Shown: in pieces, positions 13,301 to 27,154 of the stretch
Layout of the letters: each line of letters begins with the position of its first letter
How positions within the stretch are numbered: the stretch's first letter is position 1
Source: Eledone cirrhosa
Taxonomy: Eukaryota
NCBI GenBank assembly: GCA_964016885.1
Contig: OZ024743.1
Location: 52,886,001-52,950,000, forward strand
Direction of reading: 5' to 3'
DNA: 64,000 bases
Notes under the pieces: generated by a model
Told to the model about the DNA's origin: nothing
The model's database searches: none
The model's input: the letters and a program-made list of their open reading frames with translations, nothing else
Position numbers and translations under genes: made by a program

Positions 13301-16300
13301 CCACAACTATTGCAGTGGAGGATGACCACAACTATTGCAGTGGAGGATGACCACAACTATTGCAGTGGAGGATGACCACAACTATTCCAGTGGAGGATGA
13401 CCACAACTATTCCTGTGGAGGATGACCTCAACTATTACAGTGGAGGATGACCACAACTATTGCAGTGGAGGATGACCACAACTATTCCAGTGGAGGATGA
13501 CCACAACTATTCCTGTGGAGGATGACCACAACTATTCCAGTGGAGGATGACCACAACTATTGCAGTGGAGGATGACCACAACTATTCCAGTGGAGGATGA
13601 CCACAACTATTCCTGTGGAGGATGACCTCAACTATTACAGTGGAGGATGACCACAACTATTGCAGTGGAGGATGACCACAACTATTGCAGTGGAGGATGA
13701 CCACAACTATTGAAGTGGAGGATGACCTCAACTATTACAGTGGAGGATGACCACAACTATTGCAGTGGAGGATGACCACAACTATTCCAGTGGAGGATGA
13801 CCACAACTATTGCAGTGGAGGATGACCACAACTGTTGCAGTGGAGGATGACCACAACTGTTGCAGTGGAGGATGACCACAACTATTGCAGTGGAGGATGA
13901 CCACAATTATTGCAGTGGAGGATGACCACAACTATTGCAGTGGAGGATGACCACAACTGTTGCAGTGGAGGGTGACCAAAACTATTCCTGTGGAGGATGA
14001 CCACAACTATTGCAGTGGAGGATGACCACAACTATTCCAGTGGAGGATGACCACAACTATTCCAGTGGAGGATGACCACAACTATTCCTGTGGAGGATGA
14101 CCACAACTATTCCTGTGGAGGATGACCTCAACTATTCCAGTGGAGGATGACCACAACTATTGCAGTGGAGGATGACCACAACTGTTTCAGTGGAGGATGA
14201 CCACAACTGTTGCAGTGGAGGATGACCACAACTGTTGCAGTGGAGGATGACCACAACTGTTGCAGTGGAGGATGACCACAACTATTGCAGTGGAGGATGA
14301 CCACAACTATTGCAGTGGAGGATGACCACAACTGTTCCTGTGGAGGATGACCACAACTATTGCAGTGGAGGATGACCACAACTATTGCAGTGGAGGATGA
14401 CCACAACTGTTGCAGTGGAGGATGACCACAACTATTGCAGTGGAGGATGACCACAACTATTCCAGTGGAGGATGACCACAACTATTCCAGTGGAGGATGA
14501 CCACAACTATTCCTGTGGAAGATGACCACAACTATTCCAGTGGAGGATGACCACAACTATTCCTGTGGAGGATGACCTCAACTATTACAGTGGAGGATGA
14601 CCACAACTATTGCAGTGGAGGATGACCACAACTATTCCAGTGGAGGATGACCACAACTATTCCTGTGGAGGATGACCACAACTATTCCTGTGGAGGATGA
14701 CCTCAACTATTCCAGTGGAGGATGACCACAACTATTGCAGTGGAGGATGACCACAACTGTTTCAGTGGAGGATGACCACAACTGTTGCAGTGGAGGATGA
14801 CCACAACTGTTGCAGTGGAGGATGACCACAACTGTTGCAGTGGAGGATGACCACAACTATTGCAGTGGAGGATGACCACAACTATTGCAGTGGAGGATGA
14901 CCACAACTATTGCAGTGGAGGATGACCACAACTATTGCAGTGGAGGATGACCACAACTGTTGCAGTGGAGGATGACCACAACTATTGCAGTGGAGGATGA
15001 CCACAACTATTCCAGTGGAGGATGACCACAACTATTGCAGTGGAGGATGACCACAACTGTTGCAGTGGAGGATGACCACAACTATTGCAGTGGAGGATGA
15101 CCACAACTATTCCAGTGGAGGATGACCACAACTATTCCTGTGGAGGATGACCACAACTATTCCTGTGGAGGATGACCTCAACTATTCCAGTGGAGGATGA
15201 CCACAACTATTGCAGTGGAGGATGACCACAACTATTCCTGTGGAAGATGACCACAACTATTCCAGTGGAGGATGACCACAACTATTCCTGTGGAAGATGA
15301 CCACAACTATTCCAGTGGAGGATGACCACAACTATTCCTGTGGAAGATGACCACAACTATTCCAGTGGAGGATGACCACAACTATTCCTGTGGAGGATGA
15401 CCTCAACTATTACAGTGGAGGATGACCACAACTATTGCAGTGGAGGATGACCACAACTATTCCAGTGGAGGATGACCACAACTATTCCTGTGGAGGATGA
15501 CCACAACTATTCCTGTGGAGGATGACCTCAACTATTCCAGTGGAGGATGACCACAACTATTGCAGTGGAGGATGACCACAACTGTTTCAGTGGAGGATGA
15601 CCACAACTGTTGCAGTGGAGGATGACCACAACTGTTGCAGTGGAGGATGACCACAACTGTTGCAGTGGAGGATGACCACAACTGTTGCAGTGGAGGATGA
15701 CCACAACTGTTGCAGTGGAGGATGACCACAACTATTCCAGTGGAGGATGACCCAACTATTCCTGTGGAGGATGACCACAACTATTGCAGTGGAGGATGAC
15801 CACAACTATTGCAGTGGAGGATGACCACAACTGTTGCAGTGGAGGATGACCACAACTATTGCAGTGGAGGATGACCACAACTATTCCTGTGGAGGATGAC
15901 CACAACTATTGCAGTGGAGGATGACCACAACTGTTGCAGTGGAGGATGACCACAACTGTTGCAGTGGAGGATGACCACAACTGTTGCAGTGGAGGATGAC
16001 CACAACTATTGCAGTGGAGGATGACCACAACTATTGCAGTGGAGGATGACCACAACTGTTGCAGTGGAGGATGACCACAACTATTGCAGTGGAGGATGAC
16101 CACAACTATTGCAGTGGAGGATGACAACAACTATTGCAGTGGAGGATGACCACAACTATTCCTGTGGAGGATGACCACAACTATTGCAGTGAAGGATGAC
16201 CACAACTGTTGCAGTGGAGGATGACCACAACTGTTGCAGTGGAGGATGACCACAACTATTAAAGTGGAGGATGACCACAACTGTTGCAGTGGAGGATGAC

Positions 16301-17620
16301 CACAACTGTTGCAGTGGAGGATGACCACAACTATTAAAGTGGAGGATGACCACAACTGTTGCAGTGGAGGATGACCACAACTGTTGCAGTGGAGGATGAC
16401 CACAACTGTTGCAGTGGAGGATGACCACAACTGTTGCAGTGGAGGATGACCACAACTGTTGCAGTGGAGGATGACCACAACTATTGCAGTGGAGGATGAC
16501 CACAACTGTTGCAGTGGAGGATGACCACAACTATTAAAGTGGAGGATGACCACAACTGTTGCAGTGGAGGATGACCACAACTGTTGCAGTGGAGGATGAC
16601 CACAACTATTAAAGTGGAGGATGACCACAACTGTTGCAGTGGAGGATGACCACAACTGTTGCAGTGGAGGATGACCACAACTGTTGCAGTGGAGGATGAC
16701 CACAACTGTTGCAGTGGAGGATGACCACAACTGTTGCAGTGGAGGATGACCACAACTGTTGCAGTGGAGGATGACCACAACTATTGCAGTGGAGGATGAC
16801 CACAACTATTGCAGTGGAGGATGACCACAACTGTTGCAGTGGAGGATGACCACAACTGTTGCAGTGGAGGATGACCACAACTATTGCAGTGGAGGATGAC
16901 CACAACTATTGCAGTGGAAAATGACCACAACTGTTGCAGTGGAGGATGACCACAACTATTGCAGTGGAGGATGACCACAACTGTTGCAGTGGAGGATGAC
17001 CACAACTGTTGCAGTGGAGGATGACCACAACTATTAAAGTGGAGGATGACCACAACTATTGCAGTGGAGGATGACCACAACTATTGCAGTGGAAAATGAC
17101 CACAACTGTTGCAGTGGAGGATGACAACTGTTGCAGTGGAGGATGACAACAACTATTGCAGTGGAGGATGACCACAACTGTTGCAGTGGAGGATGACCAC
17201 AACTGTTGCAGTGGAGGATGACGACAACTGTTGCAGTGGAGGATGACCACAACTATTAAAGTGGAGGATGACCACAACTATTGCAGTGGAGGATGACCAC
17301 AACTATTGCAGTGGAAAATGACCACAACTGTTGCAGTGGAGGATGACAACTGTTGCAGTGGAGGATGACAACAACTATTGCAGTGGAGGATGACCACAAC
17401 TGTTGCAGTGGAGGATGACGACAACTGTTGCAGTGGAGGATGACCACAACTATTAAAGTGGAGGATGACCACAACTATTGCAGTGGAGGATGACCACAAC
17501 TATTGCAGTGGAAAATGACCACAACTGTTGCAGTGGAGGATGACAACTGTTGCAGTGGAGGATGACAACAACTATTGCAGTGGAGGATGACCACAACTAT
17601 TCCAGTGGAGGATGACCACA
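7314..17620. repeat. 25-bp tandem satellite (about 410 copies)
   Basis: Unit gtggaggatgaccacaactattgca, with variants tattcct, tattcca, tgttgca and tattaaa. Confidence 0.98.
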
Positions 17621-17912
17621 ACAACCATTCCTGTGGTAATAGGATTAATTCCCAAATCATCGGACCTTGGCGTCCTTTCCTGCAGGATCAGCAAAGTTAC
17701 AAAAGATTGGGTTACCCGGAGCAGCCCACATTCTCAAGCGAGCTCTCTCCCTACAACGAAAATTTCTGTTGCCTTAGTTACAAGGCTTGTACCCTGCATT
17801 AGAGAAACAGAGCAGAACCAAGGGAAATGACTCAACACAAATAATAACATGGTTTCTAATTTAGGAAGAAGCCAGCAATATGGCGGTAGAGGTATTAAAT
17901 GCATGTACTCAC

Positions 17913-18013
17913 TCTTAAGGCAGCTGTTATAACGTATTCCAATTGGTGTTTGTTGGGGTATTTTGGCGGGGTGTTGATGTTGTAAGTCAGGTCATTCTTG
18001 TACCATTTAGAAC
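17913..18013 (-). CDS. MMP exon: N-terminus of the catalytic domain
   Basis: aaatacag|GT...AGA|gtgagt; 101 nt, phase 1 to 0, joining the 4289 exon in frame. GSKWYKNDLTYNINTPPKYPNKHQLEYVITAALR resembles the MMP G-x-KW-x-K-x-x-LTY...A(F/L) start. Confidence 0.9.
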
Positions 18014-18089
18014 CTGTATTTTGTAGAACAAAGAACAGCAACAAATATTAAATTTGATCCACACACTCATACATTAATGTGTGTGTGTG

Positions 18090-18390
18090 TGTGTGACAGC
18101 CCACACCTATGTGTATGTGTTACAGCTCGCACCTATGTGTGTGTGTATCTGTGTTACAGTTCGCACCTATGTGTGTGCGTGTGTCTGACAGCTCACACCT
18201 ATGTGTGTGTGTCTGTTACAGCTCGCACCTATGTGTGTGCGTGTGTGTGACAGCTCACACCTATGTGTGTGTGTCTGTGTTACAGCTCGCACCTATGTGT
18301 GTGCGTGTGTGTGACAGCTCACACCTATGTGTGTGTGTCTGTGTTACAGCTCAGACCTATGTGTGCGTGTGTGTGACAGCTCACACCTAT
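18090..18390. repeat. (GT)n-derived minisatellite, units of about 28-32 bp
   Basis: Repeated gtgtgtgacagctcacacctatgt / gttacagctcgcacctatgt. Confidence 0.85.
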
Positions 18391-18625
18391 ACAGGTTTAA
18401 CTGGCCTCCTCCAAGGTATATCTCGTTGCTCAAGGAAACAACACATCAACTGGTCTGAGAATTGAACTCACAACCTTTCGATTGCAAGCCCAATGCTCTA
18501 ACCACTAAGCCATGCGCCTTCACACACGTTAATACATGGTATTAGTTGGATTTTCAAGGAAGTAAGTTTCATAGGCTTTGTTGACATAATCAGTAGTTGT
18601 CTGTATGAGCAAATATTCTAAATGC

Positions 18626-21511
18626 ATGTACCCGTAACATAATTCTGATGGAGGTCTCTCATAACACACTATGATACAATGTACCCGTAACATAATTCTA
18701 ATGGAGGTCTCTCATAACACACTATGATACAATGTACCCTTAACATAATTCTGATGGAGGTCTCTCATAACACACTATGATACAATGTACCCTTAACATA
18801 ATTCTGAGAGAGGTCTCTCATAACATACTATGATACAATGTACCCTTAACATAATTCTGATGGAGGTCTCTCATAACACACTATGATACAATGTACCCTT
18901 AACATAATTCTGAGGGAGGTCTCTCATAACTTACTATGATACAATGTACCCTTAACATAATTCTAATGGAGGTCTCTGATAACATACTATAATACAATGT
19001 ACCCTTAACATAATTCTGATGGAGGTCTCTCATAACACACTATGATACAATGTACCCTTAACATAATTCTGAGGGAGGTCTCTCATAACACACTATGATA
19101 CAATGTACCCTTAACATAATTCTAATGGAAGTCTCTCATAACACACTATGATACAATGTACCCTTAACATAATTCTAATGGAGGTCTCTCATAACATACT
19201 ATAATACAATGTACCCTTAACATAATTCTAATGGAGGTCTCTCATAACACACTATGATACAATGTACCCTTAACATAATTCTAATGGAGGTCTCTCATAA
19301 CATATTATGATACAATGTACTCTTAACATAATTCTGAGGGAAGTCTCTCATAACACACTATGATACAATGTACCCTTAACATAATTCTAATGGAGGTCTC
19401 TCATAACACACTATGATACAATGTACCCTTAATATAATTCTAATGGAGGTCTCTCATAACATACTATGATATAATGTACCCTTAACATAATTCTAATGGA
19501 AGTCTCTCATAACACACTATGATACAATGTACCCTTAACATAATTCTAATGGAGGTCTCTCATAACACACTATGATACAATGTACCCTTAACATAATTCT
19601 AATGGAAGTCTCTCATAACACACTATAATACAATGTACCCTTAACATAATTCTAATGGAGGTCTCTCATAACACACTATGATACAATGTACCCTTAACAT
19701 AATTCTAATGGAAGTCTCTCATAACACACTATGATACAATGTACCCTTAACATAATTCTAATGGAGGTCTCTCATAACATACTATAATACAATGTACCCT
19801 TAACATAATTCTAATGGAAGTCTCTCATAACACACTATGATACAATGTACCCTTAACATAATTCTAATGGAGGTCTCTCATAACATACTATAATACAATG
19901 TACCCTTAACATAATTCTAATGGAGGTCTCTCATAACACACTATGATACAATGTACCCTTAACATAATTCTAATGGAGGTCTCTCATAACATACTATGAT
20001 ACAATGTACTCTTAACATAATTCTGAGGGAAGTCTCTCATAACACACTATGATACAATGTACCCTTAACATAATTCTGAGGGAAGTCTCTCATAACACAC
20101 TATGATATAATGTACCCTTAACATAATTATAATGGAGGTCTTTCATAACACACTATGATACAATGTACCCTTAACATAATTCTGAGGGAGGTCTCTCATA
20201 ACACACTATGATACAATGTACCCTTAACATAATTCTAATGGAGGTCTTTCATAACACACTATGATACAATGTACCCTTAACATAATTCTGAGGGAAGTCT
20301 CTCATAACACACTATGATATAATGTACCCTTAACATAATTATAATGGAGGTCTTTCATAACACACTATGATACAATGTACCCTTAACATAATTCTGAGGG
20401 AGGTCTCTCATAACACACTATGATACAATGTACCCTTAACATAATTCTAATGGAGGTCTTTCATAACACACTATGATACAATGTACCCTTAACATAATTC
20501 TGAGGGAAGTCTCTCATAACACACTATGATATAATGTACCCTTAACATAATTATAATGGAGGTCTTTCATAACACACTATGATACAATGTACCCTTAACA
20601 TAATTCTGAGGGAGGTCTCTCATAACACACTATGATACAATGTACCCTTAACATAATTCTAATGGAAGTCTCTCAGAACACACTATGATACAATGTACCC
20701 TTAAGATAATTCTGAGGGAAGTCTCTCATAACACACTATGATACAATGTACCCTTAACATAATTCTAATGGAGGTCTCTCATAACACACTATGATACAAT
20801 GTACCCTTAACATTATTCTGATGGAGGTCTCTCATAACATACTATGATACAATGTACCTTTAACATAATTCTGAGGGAGGTCTCTCATAACATACTATGA
20901 TACAATGTACCCTTAACATAATTCTAATGGAGGTCTCTCATAACACACTATGATATAATGTACCCTTAACATAATTATAATGGAGGTCTTTCATAACACA
21001 CTATGATACAATGTACCCTTAACATAATTCTGAGGGAGGTCTCTCATAACATACTATGATACAATGTACCCTTAACATAATTTTGAGGGAGGTCTCTCAT
21101 AACATTCTATGATACAATGTACCCTTAACATAATTATATTGGAGGTCTCTCATAACACACTATGATACAATGTACCCGTAACATAATTCTGAGGGAGGTC
21201 TCTCATAACACACTATGATACAATGTACCCTTAACATAATTATAATGGAGGTCTCTCATAACACACTATGATACAATGTACCCATAACATAATTCTAATG
21301 GAGGTCTCTCATAACAAACTATGATACAATGTACCCTTAACATAATTCTGAGGGAGGTCTCTCATAACACACTATGATACAATGTACCCTTAACATAATT
21401 ATAATGGAGGTCTCTCATAACACACTATGATACAATGTACCCATAACATAATTCTAATGGAGGTCTCTCATAACAAACTATGATACAATGTACCCTTAAC
21501 ATAATTCTAAT
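18626..21511. repeat. 53-bp tandem satellite (about 54 copies)
   Basis: Unit aatgtacccttaacataattctaatggaggtctctcataacacactatgatac. Confidence 0.97.
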
Positions 21512-21984
21512 TGTTTTTTCCGTATATCTTTATAAATATAATTTTCCACTGTTTTAAATTAGTTATTTTCTCTATTATTTGTTACTGTTGTTGCTTTGTT
21601 GAAATATAGGTCCTTTATTGTATCATAGTGTGTTATGAGAGACCTCCATTTCAACAAAGCAACAACAAAGCAACAACAGTAACAAATAATTAAGTGTTAA
21701 TTATATATATAAAATATAGCAAAGGGAAATAGTCACATTGTATGGAAATAGCATAAGAAAATAACTAATTTAAAACAGTGGAAAATTATATTTATAAAGA
21801 TATACGGAAAAAACAGTGAAAATATTATTTAAATTCCATTCTCTTTTCTTTTTTTTTATTATTTCATTTTTCATGTGACTTTCTCTGTGATTATATTTCT
21901 GTCTACATCGGCTGACTGTCCTATGTTAAGACATAAGTGCAAAATATATCAGCCTTATAAAGTAGCCTCCCTTGTTGTTGACTC

Positions 21985-22070
<86 letters not shown>

Positions 22071-22165
22071 TCTCTCTCTCTCCCTCTCTTTCTCTCTCTC
22101 TCTCTTTTTATACATATATACAATTAATATTAAATAAATGGAAACTATATTTATAAAACCATATT

Positions 22166-22226
22166 TATTCTATTATATATATTTCAAGGGTACCAAAATT
22201 TTGGTACGCTATTATCAGATAAAATA
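22166..22226 (-). ncRNA. Degenerate hammerhead motif (G8>A)
   Basis: uauuuuau CUGAUAA uagcguaccaaaauuuugguacccuu GAAA uauaua UA auagaaua; same family as the 26047 motif. Confidence 0.55.
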
Positions 22227-23524
22227 CAAAATGTTTTATAAATATTTGACATAACCAAGGATAATATACCTTAATGGTTCAAGTTATCCCTGGAAAGTGA
22301 AGGGAAGAGAAAAAGACCAGATATTTAAAATTATTAAGATGAGTATGCAAATGAGGTTTATGTAAAAGGGATGAAAAAAACCGTTATTTTAGACGCTATG
22401 GAAAATTTAAATAATTATGATAAGTTATTGTATGTGTAGGAAGGAAGAGAGAGGAATAATTAATTTGGGGAAAAAGATTTGTTACCTATATTATGAGTTA
22501 TACTATTGTATACATAATCAATTAGATTATATGAAGAATTATGGTTGTAAGTATTTTTATCTTATTATATTAGGATAGGTTATATGTATATAAATATCTG
22601 TATATATATTAATAAGTTGCGTATGTATTGATTGTTTATATATCAAATATGAGTTACGAAGGAAGTTGAAATTGTATTTTCAAGTTGAGAGAATAAAATA
22701 ATTTGTGGATTCAAAAATTTTGTTCAACATTGAGAATGTTTTAGAATATTGTTAATTTAATGAAGCTATATAGATTATCAAACAAAAAATCGTTATGTTT
22801 TCACGATTGATAATAGTGTTTATGTTTGTAACGATTGAGAAAGGAAAGATAACTCTAATTTTGTTTAATAGAGAAAAAAATTATATATTATTTTGTGTGA
22901 GATCACTTATTTTAGTCAAAAGATGTGTGAATGTTTGGATAACAAAAGAGAGGAAAAAATGTAATGTGTTTTTCAAAGAACTATCTTAAAGAGGATAAAT
23001 TTTCAGAACATCATTTAAAGATTATCAATCTACTCAAAATATATTCTTACAAAAGAATGTGAGAAATTAAAAATAATGTCGGAATTAAAAATAGTGTCGG
23101 AATTAAAAGGTGTAGGAAAATAAAATATTAAATATATATATTAAAAATATTATAAATATTAGAGGTATAAAACATTTCTGAAATATTAAGAATATTAAAG
23201 AATATTAAAATATTTAAAATATTTAAAAATATTTTTTTTAATATTTAAAAAAAATATTAAAAAATAAATATTAAAAAAATATTAAAAAATATAAAAAAAT
23301 TAAAAAAAATTACATTTAAATATTTTAAGGAAATAGGATCATTTTGAAGGTTTATAGGGATATTATAATTTTAAAATAGTTTTGAACGTGGAATTTTGGC
23401 GATGTTTGCAAGAAGAAATTCTGCTTATATATATATATATATATAGTGCAGTTTTAAATCAACATATGTTGATTTAAAACTGCACTATTCACAAGTGTTT
23501 TTTAACCTTCATATCATGTCTCCC

Positions 23525-23595
23525 TATTTTATCTGACGAAAACGCAAATGTCATCGCATGATAATATTTGTTTTTGAAATGCGCATAATAAAATA
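23525..23595 (+). ncRNA. Type I hammerhead ribozyme
   Basis: uauuuuau CUGACGA aaacgcaaau...auuuguuuuu GAAA ugcgca UA auaaaaua. Stem I is 8 bp, stem II pairs, stem III is the palindrome AUGCGCAU; predicted cut after 23587. Confidence 0.8.
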
Positions 23596-23734
23596 CATGG
23601 AACTCTTTTAACCATCTTTTGATCTTATATATTATTTATACTCCAGTCCTACAAACTGTAGAGTGCTACTTATCCGATATCTGCATTGCTTTATTGTACT
23701 ACAATAAAACTCACCTCCTACATATATATATATA

Positions 23735-23796
<62 letters not shown>

Positions 23797-24044
23797 TATA
23801 TAGTCAACAAGGGAGTGATCTCCCTTACATCTTAGTAGTTTCATTGAAGAGTTTGCCATAATTTCAGTAAGGTGACCTACCTTGACTAATAAAGACCGAT
23901 CGTAAGAATATTAATTAGAATAGGCTTCACCAGAGCCTTGGTTCTTATATCTCCCCCACTTAGCTGAAGGGTCTAATTCACGACTGGGAAAAACTCTTGG
24001 GTAGTGATATATATCGGTGGTCTTCAACCTATTTTCATGATACT

Positions 24045-24365
24045 AACTCCAAATATTACTGAGAGACTTATAGGAGGACCTCACTCCTTAAACTTGTCAT
24101 TACACGATACAGTCCCCAAATATTACTGAGAGACTTATAGGCGGACCTCACTCCTTAAACTTGTCATTACAAGATACAGTCCCCAAATATTACTGAGAGA
24201 CTCGACACCTCGCGGTATGAATCCCAACTATTATTGTGAGATGAGACATAAAAACCTCTTAAACTCAATATTTCATAATATGAACCCCAAATATTACTGA
24301 GAGATGTATAAACACCTCCTTAAACTATTTCATGACATGTGTCCTATCATATTACTGAGACCTTT
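24045..24365. repeat. Degenerate tandem repeat of about 60-70 bp
   Basis: Recurrent ccaaatattactgagagact...ccttaaact motif. Confidence 0.7.
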
Positions 24366-24514
24366 ACACTTCAGAACAGAAAGAATGTACATGTACACAT
24401 TTATTCCTGTTTTCCTTCATAAAAAATGTTATGAAGAATGTCAGGAAGAACTGTCAAACTCTCCTGACAAACGAAATAGGGATTTCCATTTTCCACGACT
24501 CCTCTAAATATTTT

Positions 24515-24604
24515 AGTGAACCCTATGGGCTGGTATATACCAATAGTGAAACCTATGGGCTGGTATATACCAACAGTGAACCCTATGGGCTGGTATATAC
24601 CAAT
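24515..24604. repeat. Three copies of a 30-bp tandem repeat
   Basis: agtgaaccctatgggctggtatataccaat x3. Confidence 0.9.
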
Positions 24605-24840
24605 TCTGGAGGCCATTAATTTGTATCATCGTATATGACAGCAACAGGGCCGAATTTAGGATAGATGAGGCCCTGCATTAGTTATGAGGTCCTTTACTTG
24701 AAAGATATTTGAAAACTTTACCGTAAAATAACTTTTTGGCAGGAAGATAGGACCCCTCCTGGCCAACGGGTCCCTGTGATTAAGCACACCTAAATACAAT
24801 GGTAAATCTGGCACAGCAATTATGTTCATCAGAACCTCAC

Positions 24841-24974
24841 CTTGCTCCACTTGTGTTGGGGTCTTGTGGTCGAGGGGTTTAACTCTAGTCAACGGTGGGG
24901 TTTGGATCTGTCGCTGGAATCTGAACTCAGAACGCAAAATACTGGAACAGATATCGCAAGGTATCTTTGACATT
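24841..24974 (-). CDS. Candidate MMP prodomain-end exon
   Basis: tttttag|A ATG...CAA G|gtgagg; ends in phase 1, giving ...TQVEQ-G-SKW with the next exon. Encodes MSKIPCDICSSILRSEFRFQRQIQTPP.... No clear homology recognised. Confidence 0.45.
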
Positions 24975-25274
24975 CTAAAAATTGTGCTAATCCAGCAAAC
25001 TGGACTGGCATTTTATTTATATTTATCAAACCTGAAAGGATGGAAGCCGGATAATTCAAGTTAAAAAAAAGACACACACGAAGAACGAAGTCTTATTAGT
25101 TTCAGGCTTTATGGAAGAGAAAGAAAAAGAATGTTTCAACGTATCGGATGACAGCCGATTACAAATATATATAATGTGAACTGGTACTAGGAAAAACTAG
25201 GTAAAATTTGTTGAAATTAAACCATGCAAGATTTCACAGCGCTACCATTACTATTTCTTAGTCAGCCTACCCTC

Positions 25275-25378
<104 letters not shown>

Positions 25379-25757
25379 GTATATATACGTACATAATATA
25401 TATATATATATAAATATATATTTAAAGGTTAAACAAGGTTCAATGAATAAATCAAAGAATGAGTTTTACAATAGATTGGAAGCACTCCACAGGTATGGTT
25501 TTCCGGAGTTATTAATATTAATTCAAAATATTAACAAAAATAGACATTCGTGTGATCAAGTATATTTTATCTTCAACAGTACGTCCTCATCAGATAAAAT
25601 AAGATGATGCATGACATATCGTGACTTAGTAGATGGTTAAGATTCAGTCATTTTGAATTAATATTATATATACATATATATAGAAAATATATACATATAT
25701 ATAGAAAACAAAATAAAATAAATAAGTCAAATATTTAAAATTTAGCTTCGTTTAATA

Positions 25758-25810
25758 CTGCTATATATATTTCGGTGATAGCCATCTTTGGCTGTGACCT
25801 CTTCAGGCAG
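25758..25810 (-). ncRNA. Type I hammerhead ribozyme
   Basis: cugc CUGAAGA ggucacagccaaagauggcuaucacc GAAA uauaua UA gcag. Confidence 0.75.
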
Positions 25811-25982
25811 ATGGCTGTCACTGAAATATATATAGCAGTATTAAACGAAGGTAAATTTTAAACATTTGACTTATTTATTTTATTTATTTTACATTACTCC
25901 GGAGTAACCAAACCAACCTACGCACTTCGTCGAGTGCTCCATTCTGCATACTGAGGTGTTGGTATACAACCAACATATACTC

Positions 25983-26015
<33 letters not shown>

Positions 26016-26046
26016 TAAATGGAAAATATCCTTATAAAACGATATT

Positions 26047-26107
26047 TATTTTATTATATATATTTCAAGGGTACCAGTATTTTGGTACACTTTCGTCAGA
26101 TAAAATA
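26047..26107 (-). ncRNA. Type I hammerhead ribozyme (left arm of a palindrome)
   Basis: uauuuuau CUGACGA aaguguaccaaaauacugguacccuu GAAA uauaua UA auaaaaua. Confidence 0.8.
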
Positions 26108-26201
26108 TAATATTTGGTTTAAAGATATTGACATATCGATATATGAACTTAATATTATGAGTTCATATGTCGATACATCATTATCTTTAAACCAAATATT
26201 A

Positions 26202-26262
26202 TATTTTATCTGACGAAAATGTACCAAAATACTGGTACCCTTGAACTATATATAATAAAATA
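26202..26262 (+). ncRNA. Hammerhead motif in the right arm of the palindrome (GAAA>GAAC variant)
   Basis: uauuuuau CUGACGA aaauguaccaaaauacugguacccuu GAAC uauaua UA auaaaaua. Confidence 0.6.
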
Positions 26263-26294
26263 AATATTGTTTTTATAAGGATATTTTCCACTTA

Positions 26295-26392
<98 letters not shown>

Positions 26393-26923
26393 GTGTGTAT
26401 TATAGTATGGTATATACGATATCAGTAATACAATACCGTGGTATATGCTCCAATACAGACTTCTTTTGCCCAGTCTTGTGTGTGACACATTCAGGTGGAG
26501 TCCTTGATAATCGGGAACCCCACATTTTCTCCTAGGTTTCCGTGTTTCCTTTACAGGGACCCCTGAAACAAATAAATTAAGGGTAATGTTATGATACGAT
26601 TTTGTTTAGAAGTAAATCAACCACTACGGCTTTTAAATTATATATACTAGTACATAACCTGTTATTTTACAGACGGAAATAGAAATCAGTTTAACTAGAT
26701 TTGTGCATTGTGTGTATTATGGCCTAGTGGTTAGGGTGTTAAACTCATGATTATAAGATTGTGGGTTCAATTCCTACATCAAGTGACGTATTCTCTAGTA
26801 GGACGCTTCGTTTCATACGGCTTTTTGTGATAGGAATGAGGCCCCTATCACTAAAACACCCGAGAAACCTCCTATGAAGGCGGCCAGCACAACCTTCTTA
26901 GCTATGAGATGTAAATTTCGTTT

Positions 26924-26975
<52 letters not shown>

Positions 26976-27102
26976 TTGCTAAGCTGTATGAACGTAATGT
27001 TATTACTCTGGGGTCTTTCCCCATCCGAGTGCTCAAGCTACAAACCGTTTATGCATACGTTAGCTTGGCCGTATTCTAAAGCTTCGTCAATGCTGTACTA
27101 AA

Positions 27103-27151
<49 letters not shown>

Positions 27152-27154
<3 letters not shown>

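Larger units (their letters stand above)
5745..17830 (+). mobile_element. 3' fragment of an RLE-type (R4/Dong-like) non-LTR retrotransposon, split by tandem arrays
   Basis: SILWVMPEITDGKIAAKKPDIKIKSKTDRTCSLIDIVVP (5790-5910), DIAVPADKNTSV (7242-7280), WRMTTTTIPVVIGLIPK (17606-17655) and LQKIGLPGAAHILKRALSL (17697-17755): consecutive motifs of the PD-(D/E)xK restriction-like endonuclease C-terminus. Confidence 0.75.

Noticed and set aside
18537-18617. Open minus-strand segment EYLLIQTTTDYVNKAYETYF as an MMP exon
   Set aside because: Weak donor, and its phase does not join the 18013 exon.
7314-21511. CRISPR-like appearance of the 25-bp and 53-bp arrays
   Set aside because: There are no unique spacers and no cas genes; these are contiguous tandem monomers in a eukaryotic intron.
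25562-25601. Hammerhead-like CUGAUGA...GAAG on the minus strand
   Set aside because: Stem III and the cleavage site are deleted; a relic of the family, not counted as a ribozyme.
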